A DNA stretch of 64,000 bases from Nitrospirota bacterium (GTDB taxonomy: Bacteria > Nitrospirota > UBA9217), in contig DASPSR010000062.1 of the NCBI GenBank assembly GCA_035623825.1, forward strand, positions 1-64,000. Reading direction: 5' to 3'. The translations under genes and the position numbers were made by a program. The notes under the pieces are model-generated. The model searched no databases and was not told the origin of the DNA. It saw nothing but the letters and a program-made list of their open reading frames with translations. Below, one piece after another: positions 51,055 to 62,293 of the stretch. Each line of letters begins with the position of its first letter. The stretch's first letter is position 1.

Positions 51055-54000
51055 ATGAAAAAAATACTCTTCATTCTTTCGATTTTTTCCGTGGTCCTTC
51101 TCGGGGCACTGGAATTGTACGTTCAAAGCGATGCGTTTGCCGTCAGAATAAGGCCGTATGTGATCGGGCCCCTGCAGGATGTATTGGGTCCCCAAGCGCA
51201 GATTGGCTGGATCCGGGCCAACTTCATCCCCATGTATCTTGAGGTGCGGGATATATCAGTTCCTGATGCGCGCGGGGAGCAGGCGGTTGCCGTCCGTAAG
51301 ATAAAAGTGCATATAGACCCGCTGCCCCTGCTTCTCAAGAAGGTCAAGCTGCCGGCAATCGACATCATTGAGCCACGCATACAGGCTGAACGCTCACGGG
51401 AAGGAGAGGTAAATGTTCTGACGCTGATCGACCACATTCGGTCGAACATCGCTCGCATGCAGACGGAAGGCCCGTCGCGATTTGAGATGGTCTTACGTAC
51501 CATCAGGATCAGTCAGGCCCGGATTTCATTCACCGACCTGAACTCGTCCGCACAATTGTCGGTCTCCGATGTCAATATAATCGCCAGGATCAACATTGTC
51601 GGCGAGAGCGCAAAGGTCGCGTTCAACAACTCCGCTGTCCGGCTCATCACGCCCGCTTATCCCGAGGTGTCTGGCAGAGTCCGGGCCGCGCTGGTGTACG
51701 ACCGTGGAAGCCTCCACGTTGACTCGTTCGAACTCTCGACGGCGGATGCCGCGATCACGGCTTCAGGCTCCGCCGGACCGTTCCCTAACGCGAAGCTGGA
51801 CATGAAGCTCAGGGTCAGATCCGGTCCCCAGACCATAGGAAAATTCGCAAATTTCATGAAGCCGCTTCGTAGACAGAAACAGCCGGAGCCCCGCATAGAT
51901 GCATCGGCGACCATACGAGGGAAACTGTCTGATCCCGAAATTAGCGGGACCTGCAGATTCAGCGCCATTCCGTTCCGCGATCTTCTGCTCCAGAACGCGT
52001 CATTTTCGTTTGACTATCGGAACAAAAACATGGCAATCTCCGGTGCGAACTGGAAAATCTCGCGGGGAGACAAAACCGTTCTGATTGAAAGCATCAACGC
52101 GACTATGGGGTATGGGAACCAAGGATTGAACATCAGTCATTTCGATATCCACGCGGGGGACCTCGTGGTGCAGCTCACGGGGAGGGCAGACACCTCAAGG
52201 GGTTTTGATGCCGTGCTTAACGCCAAATCGTCGGGTAAAAATAAGACACTCTCCTTTCTGACTGCTTTGCCGCTGGAGGGAGAGGTAGGGATTACCGGGA
52301 ATCTGACAGGGCCGTTCACCGATCCTCTGTTTGACGGAACGTTCACTGCCGGCCCGGTGACCATCCGGGGCGTTACGATCACCAGCGTTGAAGGCAGACT
52401 CCAATACCGTAAGAAAAAGGTCAGCCTCGCCTCCGCGGATATCCATCAGCAGACTTCCCGCTATCTGTTCGACGGAAGCGTTGATCTGACCGGGAAGGAG
52501 CCTGTTTATGACGCGCGACTCAAAGTCTTGCGTTCAGACGTCGTAAGCATTGTTGCGATGTTCTCCGGGCCCTTGCCGCTCCATATGAACATCACCGGTG
52601 AGCTCTCTTTTAATGGCACGGTGCACGAATATACGGGAAGCGGCCGTCTCGCGCTTGACGCTGGAAGCGCCTATGGAGAGTCGTTCAAGAAGGGGACCAT
52701 ATCAGCCTCCCTCGTGACGAACAAGATTTCCTTCCCCCAGGTCTTTTTGCAAAAAGGGAGCGGCACAGTAAAAGCATCCGGCTGGATCGGTTTTGATGGC
52801 ACATATGCCGCGAACCTCGAAAGCCAGAATGTCAGGCTTTCCGAGATCGATCATATGGCATCCCTGCCGATAGATGGTCAATTCGACCTCACTGTCAGTT
52901 CGTCGGGAAGCTTTGCTCACCCCCGGGTTATGGCATCGATGGAGATTGACCACCTGTTGTATCGTCAGACGGACATAGGCAAGGTGACGACGGGAGCACA
53001 GATCAGCAATGGTGTCCTCCTGTTCACGTCGTGGTTTGCCGGAGACCGGGCAGGCGTAACCGGCCGTTTGGCCCTTCGGCAGCCATATGCGTGGAGCGCT
53101 GAAGCAAAAATTCACTCAGACGATATCGATCCTTTCCTCGTTGCGGGAAACAAAGAATACTCAGGACGGCTCAAAGTGATCGCAGAAGGCCGCATGTCCG
53201 TGCACGGAACCGGCAGCAGCATGTCTGAGATGTATGGCACGGCGTCGTTCGAGCATCTCGGCCTTGTGGTCGGTGACTATCGTATCGACAACGAAGCGCC
53301 GGCCAGTTTTGCTTTTAATGGAGGGGTTCTGGACATCAAATCCCTCGATTTCAGCGGCCCCGGGACGAAGATCTCCATCACCGGCGGCGCCGAGCTTATG
53401 AAGGACATGGATTTTAAATTTACGGGAACTGCGAACCTCTCCCTCCTCAGACTGCTGTTCCGTGAAGTGGAATACGTTAACGGCACCGCAGAGGTGAAGT
53501 TGACGGTACAGGATGAGTGGAAGAACCCCGACGTGATTGGTAGTCTGCTTCTCAAGAACGGAGACATCAAGATCAAGGATGTCCCTCAGAGGTTCTCCTC
53601 GCTGAACGGCAAGATCAACTTCTCTAAAGACCGCATTGTGGCTGATTCTCTGTCCGGCTCGATGGGAGGGGGGACTTTTCATATATCGGGCTATGCGGAA
53701 CTGACGTCATTTGCGCTTCAAAATTTTTCAGTGAAGGCTTCGTTCGAGAACGTTACGGTCCATTATCCTGAAGGGCTCACATCCACATTGTCGGGGGCCC
53801 TCAATTACGACGGCGATGCCGCAACGCAGTCCCTTACCGGCGATGTGGCTATCAAGCACGCCCTCTATGACCAGAGGGCGGATTGGAAAAGCATGCTCGT
53901 GCCTATCGGCAAAGGACTGTCCCAGAAGAAGAAAGCGGATATCGGTTGGATCGGCGAGACGCAGATCAATATCCGGTTTCACGGCAAGGACACCATCATG

Positions 54001-54687
54001 CTGCAGAACAACCTCGCCAAAATGCCGCTCGACGTGGATATGTTCCTGCGGGGCACGGTGAACCAGCCGCAGCTGCTTGGCAGGGTCGAGGCCAGGAAAG
54101 GGACTGTGTATTTCCGCCAGAACGATTTTAAGATTGTCCATGCGTCCGCGGACTTCGTCGACCCAAACCGATTGAACCCCATCCTCGATATTCAGGCCGA
54201 GATCGTGGTGCGGCAGTACCGTGTGACGCTTGCGGTCACCGGAACGGCAGACCGGGCCGTTGTCGTGCTCCTATCCGACCCGTCGCTTCCCGATCAGGAT
54301 ATCGTAGCTCTTCTGGCACTCGGGAAGACCAGTACCGAGATCAAGGGCAGGGAGAACGAAGTGGGCATGAGCGAGGCCTACTACTTTGCGACCGGACAGC
54401 TCCAGGACGTCGTCGAGAGCCGGGCGAAGACTCTGACGGGCCTCGACAGATTCCAGGTGGATCCCTATGTGAACAAGGGCGACGTAACGGTGCCGCGCGT
54501 GACAGTCGGCAAGGAGATCGTTCAGGAGAAGGTCTATGCCACTTATTCATCAAATGTAGGCGCCACCACGCCGGAACAGATCTTCAGGATAGAGTATATT
54601 CTGAACAAGCATTACGCTTTGTCAGCTGAGCGGAATGAACTGGGCGACACCGGCGTGGACATCAAGTATCGGTTCGAGTTCAAATGA
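51055..54687 (+). CDS. tamB: Translocation/assembly module TamB family protein
   Basis: N-terminal anchor, long beta-taco, C-terminal DUF490-like NPILDI..LSDP.L...DI.ALL..G, YRFEFK. Confidence 0.85.
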   Translation: MKKILFILSIFSVVLLGALELYVQSDAFAVRIRPYVIGPLQDVLGPQAQIGWIRANFIPMYLEVRDISVPDARGEQAVAVRKIKVHIDPLPLLLKKVKLPAIDIIEPRIQAERSREGEVNVLTLIDHIRSNIARMQTEGPSRFEMVLRTIRISQARISFTDLNSSAQLSVSDVNIIARINIVGESAKVAFNNSAVRLITPAYPEVSGRVRAALVYDRGSLHVDSFELSTADAAITASGSAGPFPNAKLDMKLRVRSGPQTIGKFANFMKPLRRQKQPEPRIDASATIRGKLSDPEISGTCRFSAIPFRDLLLQNASFSFDYRNKNMAISGANWKISRGDKTVLIESINATMGYGNQGLNISHFDIHAGDLVVQLTGRADTSRGFDAVLNAKSSGKNKTLSFLTALPLEGEVGITGNLTGPFTDPLFDGTFTAGPVTIRGVTITSVEGRLQYRKKKVSLASADIHQQTSRYLFDGSVDLTGKEPVYDARLKVLRSDVVSIVAMFSGPLPLHMNITGELSFNGTVHEYTGSGRLALDAGSAYGESFKKGTISASLVTNKISFPQVFLQKGSGTVKASGWIGFDGTYAANLESQNVRLSEIDHMASLPIDGQFDLTVSSSGSFAHPRVMASMEIDHLLYRQTDIGKVTTGAQISNGVLLFTSWFAGDRAGVTGRLALRQPYAWSAEAKIHSDDIDPFLVAGNKEYSGRLKVIAEGRMSVHGTGSSMSEMYGTASFEHLGLVVGDYRIDNEAPASFAFNGGVLDIKSLDFSGPGTKISITGGAELMKDMDFKFTGTANLSLLRLLFREVEYVNGTAEVKLTVQDEWKNPDVIGSLLLKNGDIKIKDVPQRFSSLNGKINFSKDRIVADSLSGSMGGGTFHISGYAELTSFALQNFSVKASFENVTVHYPEGLTSTLSGALNYDGDAATQSLTGDVAIKHALYDQRADWKSMLVPIGKGLSQKKKADIGWIGETQINIRFHGKDTIMLQNNLAKMPLDVDMFLRGTVNQPQLLGRVEARKGTVYFRQNDFKIVHASADFVDPNRLNPILDIQAEIVVRQYRVTLAVTGTADRAVVVLLSDPSLPDQDIVALLALGKTSTEIKGRENEVGMSEAYYFATGQLQDVVESRAKTLTGLDRFQVDPYVNKGDVTVPRVTVGKEIVQEKVYATYSSNVGATTPEQIFRIEYILNKHYALSAERNELGDTGVDIKYRFEFK

Positions 54688-54743
54688 AATACGGAGAAGG
54701 TGCGCAGGCTGTGTGAATTTCTCTTTTTAAACTTCGAATCTCC

Positions 54744-57431
54744 CTAGTGCGCCTCGTCCCAGTTCTTTCCCACCCCCATGTCAACCTTGATGGGCACCGC
54801 AAGATCGAGCACACCCTCCATTTCCTCCCTGACCAGCTTTCTCATCCGGTCGATTTCGCTGTCAGCCACTTCAAATACCAGCTCATCATGAACCTGGAGG
54901 ATCATCTTTGAATGCAGGCGCTCCATCCGAAGCCGCCGGTGGATGTGTATCATCGCAAGCTTGATCAGGTCGGCGGCGGTTCCTTGAATCGGCGTGTTGA
55001 CCGCCGTTCGCTCGCCGAAATTCCGTACCGATGCCGTGGATGATGAGAGCTCAGGTATGAAACGGCGCCTTCCGAGGAGCGTGGTCACGTATCCATCCGC
55101 CTTTGCATCCTGGATGGTCCTGTCGAGAAACTCCCGCACTTTGGGGTACCGGGCAAAGTAGCTGTCGATGTAACGCTTGGCCTCGATGCTTGATACGCCG
55201 ATGTTCTGCGCCAGGCCGAAAGCAGAGATTCCGTAGATAATGCCGAAGTTCACTGCCTTTGCCTTGCGTCGCATCTCGGGCGTGATCTCTTCCGGCGGCA
55301 AGCCGAAGATCTCCGATGCCGTGCGTGTGTGGATGTCCTGGTCCTCCTGAAAGGTCTGGATCAGAACGGGGTCCAGGCTCATGTGCGCGAGCACCCTGAG
55401 TTCTATCTGCGAATAATCGGCCGAGAGGATGCTCGCTCCCTGCTCGGCGATGAACGCTCGCCTGATCTCCCGTCCGAGGTCGGTCCGGATGGGGATGTTC
55501 TGAAGGTTGGGCTCACTGCTCGAAAGCCTGCCGGTGGTCGCCACGGTCTGGTTCAAGGACGTGTGAAGCCGTCCGGTCTTTGGGTTGATCATGGCCGGCA
55601 AGGCATCGATATACGTTGATTTCAGCTTAGAGAGCGTTCGGTACTTGAGTATTTCGGCGGGCAGCGCATGGACGTGAGCAAGCTCTTCAAGCACATCGAC
55701 GTCCGTGGAAAATCCCGTTTTCGTCTTTTTTATCGGCGTGAGTACGAGCTTCCCGAAAAGAATGTCCGCCAGCTGCTTGGGCGAATTGATGTTGAACTCA
55801 GTGCCGGCGAGCTCATAGATGGTCCTGGTGATTTTCGCGGTTTCTTTTTCGAGCTTTTTCGACATGTGCCTCAAAAACTCGGCATCGATCTTTACTCCGA
55901 TGCGTTCCATGTCAGCGAGGACTTCCATGAGCGGCATCTCCAGTTCCCGAAACAGCTTCTCGAGATTCTGCTCCCTGAGCCGGGGTTCCAGCAGCTGCTT
56001 GAGCTGTAGTGAAATATCGGCGTCTTCCCCAGAGTATCGTGTCGCGGTCTGCAGGTCTACCTCCTGAAATCCGATCTGCTTCTTGCCCGTGCCCGTGACT
56101 TCCTTGTACGTGATGGTTTTGTAGTTCAGGAATTCCAGGGCAATCGCATCGAGGCTGTGAGATGACCTGCCGGGATTGAGCAGATAGGAGGCGATCATCG
56201 TGTCGAACGATATCCCCGAGACCGCTATTCCGTAATGGCCCAGCACGAGCACGTCGTACTTGATATTCTGGCCGACTTTCTTGATGGACGGATTTTCCAG
56301 GACCGGTTTGAGAGCTCCCAGCGCATGTTCACGGTCGATCTGTTTCGGCGTGCCGGGATACACGTGCCCAAGCGGGAGATAGTATGCTTCGAAAGGCTGG
56401 ATGGAAAAGGACATCCCGACCAGTTCCGCCTGCATGGGGTCGAACGATGTTGTTTCGGTGTCAAAACAGAATTCATCAGCCGATGATAAAATGCTGACCA
56501 GGTGCTGAAATTCAGGTTCCGCAAGAACGGTGTGATATCGCGCTTTTTTTTCCGGCTCCTGAGTGACGTATTTGAGCAAGGAAGTGAGCTCGAGTTCCCG
56601 CAGGATGGAGAGCAGCGCCGTGTTGTCCGGCTCTTTCGTCTTGAGAGCATCGTAATCGACGGTGAGGGGGACATCGGCATGGAGCTGGGCAAGCTCCCGG
56701 CTGAATCTCGCCCGGTCTGCAGACTCGATGAGCGACTGCCTGAGCTTGGGTTTGGCGATTTCATGAGAATGCGAAAGCAGATTTTCTATCGTGCCATACT
56801 GTCGTATGAGCGTTTGCGCTGTTTTCTCCCCGATACCATCGACCCCGGGAATGTTGTCCGACGAGTCGCCCATAAGCCCCATGATCTCTACCATCCGGTC
56901 CGGCAAAACGCCGTAACGCTCTTCCACGTCCTTCGGTTCATAAATCTTGTCTTTGAGCGTATCATAGACCTTGATATTCGGTCCTACGAGCTGAAGGATG
57001 TCTTTATCCCCCGTGATGATCGTGACGTCAAGACCATCAGCCTCGGCTTTCCGGGCAAGGGTTGCGATGACATCGTCGGCTTCCTGCCCTTCCTGGATGA
57101 AGACAGGTATGCGGAACGCCGCCACCAGCTTGTGTATATAAGGTATTTGCGGAACCAGGTCCCTGGGCATCGGAGGACGGTGAGCTTTGTATTCCTTGAA
57201 CTCGAGGTGCCTGCGCGTCGGCCCTTTGGGGTCGAAGGCAATCGCAATCATATCCGGCGATCTCTCTTTGATAACCTTGAGGAACATGTTCGCGAAGCCG
57301 AAAACGGCGTTTGTCGGCAGGCCGTAGGAAGTGGACAGGTTCTTTATTGCATAAAAGGCGCGGTAAATGTACGAGTTGCCGTCTATGATATAAAAAGATG
57401 GCTTTTGTCCTGTCGATTGGTCAGTTGTCAT
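54744..57431 (-). CDS. polA: DNA polymerase I
   Basis: IDGNSYIYRAFYA, DTETT, TGRLSSSEPNLQNIP, DYSQIELR, QVHDELV. Confidence 0.98.
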   Translation of the reverse strand: MTTDQSTGQKPSFYIIDGNSYIYRAFYAIKNLSTSYGLPTNAVFGFANMFLKVIKERSPDMIAIAFDPKGPTRRHLEFKEYKAHRPPMPRDLVPQIPYIHKLVAAFRIPVFIQEGQEADDVIATLARKAEADGLDVTIITGDKDILQLVGPNIKVYDTLKDKIYEPKDVEERYGVLPDRMVEIMGLMGDSSDNIPGVDGIGEKTAQTLIRQYGTIENLLSHSHEIAKPKLRQSLIESADRARFSRELAQLHADVPLTVDYDALKTKEPDNTALLSILRELELTSLLKYVTQEPEKKARYHTVLAEPEFQHLVSILSSADEFCFDTETTSFDPMQAELVGMSFSIQPFEAYYLPLGHVYPGTPKQIDREHALGALKPVLENPSIKKVGQNIKYDVLVLGHYGIAVSGISFDTMIASYLLNPGRSSHSLDAIALEFLNYKTITYKEVTGTGKKQIGFQEVDLQTATRYSGEDADISLQLKQLLEPRLREQNLEKLFRELEMPLMEVLADMERIGVKIDAEFLRHMSKKLEKETAKITRTIYELAGTEFNINSPKQLADILFGKLVLTPIKKTKTGFSTDVDVLEELAHVHALPAEILKYRTLSKLKSTYIDALPAMINPKTGRLHTSLNQTVATTGRLSSSEPNLQNIPIRTDLGREIRRAFIAEQGASILSADYSQIELRVLAHMSLDPVLIQTFQEDQDIHTRTASEIFGLPPEEITPEMRRKAKAVNFGIIYGISAFGLAQNIGVSSIEAKRYIDSYFARYPKVREFLDRTIQDAKADGYVTTLLGRRRFIPELSSSTASVRNFGERTAVNTPIQGTAADLIKLAMIHIHRRLRMERLHSKMILQVHDELVFEVADSEIDRMRKLVREEMEGVLDLAVPIKVDMGVGKNWDEAH

Positions 57432-57757
57432 GATTTTGAAGTATAACCTAATTTTTCATGAAAAACAATCTGATACGCATGATCATCGAATCATACCGGT
57501 ACGGTTGTGGTTTCAGTCTCCACTGGCCGCGCCTCACAAAACTGAATGAGCATCCCCATCCCCGGGCATCGCCTTTCTTGCCAGAAGGCCGACGGACAAC
57601 GGATCATTTTATGAGCGCGGAGTCGTAACGGATATCACGAGATGGCCTCTCCCTTCGGACAGGGGAGGCCAAGGAAATTTCTCTCGTTGAGAAAAAAAGC
57701 AAGAACTGGTGTGCCAACACACGGTGTAGAGAATCAATTATTATTATAAAGATTTTC

Positions 57758-57787
57758 TTGACAGCAAGCGCAGGAATGATGTATAAA
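57758..57787 (+). promoter_or_regulatory. Sigma70 promoter of tRNA-Thr
   Basis: TTGACA-N18-TATAAA ending 33 bp before the tRNA. Confidence 0.6.
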
Positions 57788-57820
57788 AAACCGTCCTATA
57801 GCCCATCTATCGAGTGTTCC

Positions 57821-57895
57821 GCCGGCGTAGCTCAGTGGTAGAGCAGCTGATTCGTAATCAGCAGGTCGTCCGTTCAACCCGGATCGCCGGCTCCA
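57821..57895 (+). tRNA. tRNA-Thr(CGT)
   Basis: Complete cloverleaf; anticodon arm gctga-ttCGTaa-tcagc; encoded CCA. Confidence 0.96.
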
Positions 57896-58639
57896 TTTTT
57901 TCAAACATTTCTGCAAGTTGTCCGGTCTCATTTCTTCCTCTTACTCCGCAAAATACAGTATTTTAGCCCCGATCTAAGATCAAAATGCACCCACTATTTT
58001 TACTCTCTGTTGAAGTCTAAGAAGGTTAATTGTTTTATCCAGACGCTCGCCCGAGATGTCCCATTGAATCACTGGTCATCAGGAAGAGGGTCGTATCCTT
58101 GGGTTCGTAGAAATCCTCAGTCAACAATATCAAACTGAACTCTTTGAGTTGCCACATGTCTAAACAATCAACAGTACATCAACAATGTCGTGCGCGCAGC
58201 AATCGAAAAGAATGTGCATTTCTAGAGTAATGTTGAAGTTTACGGTTATTGAAACTGTAATTGTGCCATCATGAAAGTGATGGCTGGTACACTTTTTTGG
58301 ATCTTCAACTTTCACTTTGAAATAATTAGTGTGAACTAAAGTCCAATTTGCTCCCTTCATAACATTTTTCCCCCAGGTCATTTTTGCGAATATCTTGCAC
58401 ATCTGTACGTTGAAATTATGAAACTATGTACTCAAAGTTACTAATTCGGAAAACTTTACAGTTTTCTCTAATACTTAATTATTGTGACAACTCACAAGCA
58501 AATAGAAATATGATGTTTTTAAAAAATAAATACCAAAGACAGCTTATCTATTGGATCGAAAAATATTACACAATTATTTTATTCACGCATTGATCATTTA
58601 TAGTCTTTAATAATTAGCGGATTAATAATAGTTTTTTTG

Positions 58640-58655
58640 TGGTATAAAAAATGCT
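58640..58655 (+). promoter_or_regulatory. Candidate sigma54 promoter
   Basis: TGGTATAAAAAATGCT has -24 GG/-12 GC spacing; upstream of HAF gene. Confidence 0.45.
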
Positions 58656-58897
58656 TTATTATTTTCGGATTGATGTGTTCTGAATATCGGCCGAGAAAGG
58701 CAAGTGAAGATCGATAGTAAGAATACCGTCAATCGGCAGACTGCGACTGGCTTTCAACGGTCATAGCATTTTCATCGTGCACCGTCTGGCAATGGAGGCC
58801 CGGCAACTGTGATCGTATGTAAAGGTGGGATGCGTATAGAGTCGAGGGTTAATAGCTAGTAATGAACGATTAAATCTTATTCAGGAGGTGAACCATC

Positions 58898-60766
58898 ATG
58901 AAGAAGCTTGTTACGAGCAATAAAGTGAATGTACTGGTAATGATACTGCTTATGCTGTCAATATTCTTATTCGCCTCCGCTGCGTCTGCCCAGCCATCTT
59001 ACATCGTGATCGACCTCGGCACTCTTGGAGGCACCTATAGCTATGCCGCAGGCATCAACGACTCCGGCCAGGTTGTGGGGTTGTCGTCTCTTACCGGCGA
59101 TACGGCCAACCACGCCTTCCTGTACAGTGGCGGCACCATGACCGATCTCGGCACCTTAAGCGGCAGCAGCGGCAGCTCGAGCAGTGCCGCAGGCATCAAC
59201 GACTCCGGCCAGGTTGTGGGGTCGTCGACTATTACCGGCGAAGATACGGTCAACCACGCCTTCCTGTACAGTGGCGGCATCATGGCCGATCTCGGCACCT
59301 TGGGCGGCACCTATAGCAATGCCGCCGGCATCAACGACTCGGGCCAGGTTGCGGGGGAGTCGCATACTACCGGCGATACGGCCTATCACGCCTTCCTGTA
59401 CAGTGGCGGCATCATGGCCGATCTCGGCACCCTTGGCGGCACCAACAGTACGGCGTACGGCATCAACGACTCGGGCCAGGTTGTGGGGCAGTCGAATCTT
59501 ACCGGCGATGCGGTCTACCATGCCTTCATGTACAGTGGCGGGACGATGATAGACCTCGGCACTCTTGGAGGCACCTATAGCTATGCCTTGGGCATCAACG
59601 ACTCGGGCCAGGTTGTGGGGCAGTCGTTTCTTGCCGGCGATACCGCCTATCACGCATTCCTGTACAGTGGCGGCACGATGACAGACCTCGGCACCCTTGG
59701 CGGCAACTATAGCTTTGCCAACGGCATCAACGGCTCAAGCCAGGTTGTGGGGGTGGCGTACACTACCAGTGATACAGCCCAGCACGCCTTCCTGTACAGT
59801 GGCGGCACGATGTTTGCCCTCGATAACCTGATTCCTTCATCTTCTGGGTGGACTCTTAGTGACGCAACTGGAATAAATGACAATGGTCAAATTGTCGGCT
59901 TTGGGAGAATCAATGGTGCTACTCATGCATTTCTTCTGACTCCCGGGGCAGCGGCGCCCGTGACGACGGGCACGAATGTCGCAGTTGACCTTGGCCCACA
60001 AGTAGACCTCACCTTCAGCAGCGTTTCCTCAAGCGGAACCGCAACGGCCGTCCTGATCTTGCCGGGAAGTGTGCCCCCGCCTCCAACGAATTTCGCGATC
60101 CTGGGCGGCACATCATATGACATCACGACGGATGCGACCTTCAGTGGCAATGTTGAGGTCTGCATCAGCTATGACCCGACCAAGATCACCGTTCCCGAGC
60201 AGCAGCTGCGGCTCTACCATTATAGTGGTGGCGCCTGGACAGATATTACACTATTGCCGGTCGACACAGTTGACAAGAAGGTCTGCGGTTTGACAAGTTC
60301 GTTCTCCATCTTCGCAGTGGCTGAACCTATATACACCCCGGAGGTCCTTTCGATCCGCTATGCCGCTGTACAGTTCTTGAACAAACAGGACACCACGGGC
60401 AGTGTGCTGCTCTGGGCTGACTTTAAAGTGCCCATGCCCGCAGCCACCGACGTGATCACAGGCACTTTTGACAGTGTCACCCTGTTCTCCGCACCCTTCT
60501 CAACGTTCAAGCGTGTGTTGCCGAACGTATACTGGGATGTGAAGAATGGCTATGACATTACGATCGACTTTAAACTTGGCCAGATCATCGTGATCACACC
60601 CAAGATCGCACTTACTGGACTTGACAACTCTAACGGTGTCGATGTGCAGTTCACTATAAATGGCAGTAATGGGATGGAAATCGGATTCCAGAACATCACG
60701 ATGAAGCCAGAGCCTGGGAACCGGCTGGTGTACCGCCGAAACGACATATTCGGTAACCCGCTGTAG
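58898..60766 (+). CDS. Secreted HAF-repeat beta-propeller protein with C-terminal beta domains
   Basis: Signal peptide; seven GINDSGQVVG...HAF repeats; RBS aggagg. Confidence 0.9.
   Translation: MKKLVTSNKVNVLVMILLMLSIFLFASAASAQPSYIVIDLGTLGGTYSYAAGINDSGQVVGLSSLTGDTANHAFLYSGGTMTDLGTLSGSSGSSSSAAGINDSGQVVGSSTITGEDTVNHAFLYSGGIMADLGTLGGTYSNAAGINDSGQVAGESHTTGDTAYHAFLYSGGIMADLGTLGGTNSTAYGINDSGQVVGQSNLTGDAVYHAFMYSGGTMIDLGTLGGTYSYALGINDSGQVVGQSFLAGDTAYHAFLYSGGTMTDLGTLGGNYSFANGINGSSQVVGVAYTTSDTAQHAFLYSGGTMFALDNLIPSSSGWTLSDATGINDNGQIVGFGRINGATHAFLLTPGAAAPVTTGTNVAVDLGPQVDLTFSSVSSSGTATAVLILPGSVPPPPTNFAILGGTSYDITTDATFSGNVEVCISYDPTKITVPEQQLRLYHYSGGAWTDITLLPVDTVDKKVCGLTSSFSIFAVAEPIYTPEVLSIRYAAVQFLNKQDTTGSVLLWADFKVPMPAATDVITGTFDSVTLFSAPFSTFKRVLPNVYWDVKNGYDITIDFKLGQIIVITPKIALTGLDNSNGVDVQFTINGSNGMEIGFQNITMKPEPGNRLVYRRNDIFGNPL
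59010..59810 (+). repeat. Intragenic tandem repeats (~132 bp x 6) encoding HAF blades
   Basis: Recurring ggcatcaacgactc(c/g)ggccaggttg and cctgtacagtggcggc. Confidence 0.88.
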
Positions 60767-60917
60767 AAAGAATATGGCCAATTATGGAAGGAAGGGACAG
60801 TCCGTGAGGGTAAACGTTGCCGGGAAACGGATCGTAGTGGTATCGTCGATGATGAATCTATCGGCATCGGCCATTCTAACGGTGTGGATGTGAGGATCTC
60901 GTGAGAAAGGAGGACAT

Positions 60918-61595
60918 ATGAGAAAGATAGCTGCGGTATCAACAATCGGTATCTGCCTTACCGTTTTAATCATTGCAGGATTACCACGATCAGGTGAGGC
61001 GGCAACAATTTACGGCTGCGTAGAGCGCCTGACTGGATTTGTTAGAATAGTTAGCGGTCCCGGTCAATGTAGAGCGTTGGAAACCCCCATATCGTGGGAT
61101 TCAGTAGGGTCTCAGGGTCCAGTGGGGCCTGCAGGCCCAGCAGGGCCAGAGGGTCCACAGGGGCCACAGGGTACTCAGGGCCCGACAGGGGCCACCGGAG
61201 CAACAGGGCCTCAGGGAACACAAGGGCCAGCCGGTGTCGCCAACGGGATATCCACGGCAGTCCATGGCGTAATCGATAAAGACGGGACTATTATTGAAAG
61301 TGTAGGCAACAATTTCACTGTCGTGCACAGTAGTGATACAGGGATCTATGAGATAAATTGGGATACGACGGTGCCTTTCCCCTTTGTTGTCCTCCCCAGT
61401 TGCACTGTCACCCCGTACTCGGTGGGCATCACGGCTGTTTCATGTTCAGCAGGTGTGGGCGGTCTTGGACTCGCGGTCCAGTGCAGCCAACCCTCCAGCG
61501 TCACCATCACCGACGCTACTGGCCTGACACAAGTAGTCGATGGAAACAACTTGATCGGCAGCGACACACGTTTCGCGTTCATCTGTGTACTGTGA
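60918..61595 (+). CDS. Secreted collagen-like protein (15 Gly-X-Y triplets)
   Basis: Signal peptide, IYGCVERLTGFVRIV..C..ETPISW, GSQGPVGPA...GPAGVA. Confidence 0.85.
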   Translation: MRKIAAVSTIGICLTVLIIAGLPRSGEAATIYGCVERLTGFVRIVSGPGQCRALETPISWDSVGSQGPVGPAGPAGPEGPQGPQGTQGPTGATGATGPQGTQGPAGVANGISTAVHGVIDKDGTIIESVGNNFTVVHSSDTGIYEINWDTTVPFPFVVLPSCTVTPYSVGITAVSCSAGVGGLGLAVQCSQPSSVTITDATGLTQVVDGNNLIGSDTRFAFICVL

Positions 61596-61798
61596 CAAAT
61601 CCGGCTCTGTTTTCCGGGCAATGGTTCAAAGAGGCGGTTCCTCTTGCCCAACTCACTCACCGCCGCACATAGGTTCCAAGCAAGGGGGAGCCGGAAGGCT
61701 CCTCCTCCTTTTGCTCACTTGATAGGAATGAGAATCTCTGGTAATAGCAAAATTTATTGCTGGCCCGATGTGTTTCGCAGAAGGAGAAAGGAAGACAT

Positions 61799-62293
61799 AT
61801 GAAAAAGATGGCTATGATATCAACAATTGGTCTTTGCCTCGCGGTTTTAATCATTGCAGGATTTCCACTGGTAGGTGATGCAGCAACAATTTATGGCTGC
61901 CAAGAGCGACTTACTGGATTTGTCAGAATAGTGAGCAGTCCTAGTCAATGCAACCGATTTGAAACTCCAATCTCATGGGATTCAGTAGGACCTCAGGGTC
62001 CGGCAGGGCCTCCGGGACCGGCTGGAGTCGCAAATGGCATTACCACCGGAGTACACGGAGTAGTAAATTATGACGGCACGGTCTTTGAGGGAGTTGGATT
62101 TAGCTCATCTTTCGCATCCGGCGTCTATTATATCACCTTCGACCAGGCATTCTCCTATCCAGGCCCCCATTGCGTTGTAACGCCGTTCCAGTCGCCACCC
62201 ACGACAATGTGCGCCATATTCGGATACGGCCCGACCACCCTTTATGTCAATTGTACTGCACAAGTATCATTCTTTTTCATATGCGTGCAGTGA
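61799..62293 (+). CDS. Secreted collagen-like paralog (5 Gly-X-Y triplets)
   Basis: N-terminus highly similar to 60918 gene; divergent C-terminal domain. Confidence 0.85.
   Translation: MKKMAMISTIGLCLAVLIIAGFPLVGDAATIYGCQERLTGFVRIVSSPSQCNRFETPISWDSVGPQGPAGPPGPAGVANGITTGVHGVVNYDGTVFEGVGFSSSFASGVYYITFDQAFSYPGPHCVVTPFQSPPTTMCAIFGYGPTTLYVNCTAQVSFFFICVQ

Noticed and set aside
57910-58420. Integrase remnant beside tRNA-Thr
   Set aside because: Translations inspected show no tyrosine-recombinase motifs; only short interrupted frames
59010-59810. Regularly spaced repeats resembling a CRISPR array
   Set aside because: In-frame coding repeats of HAF blades; spacers are homologous; no cas genes
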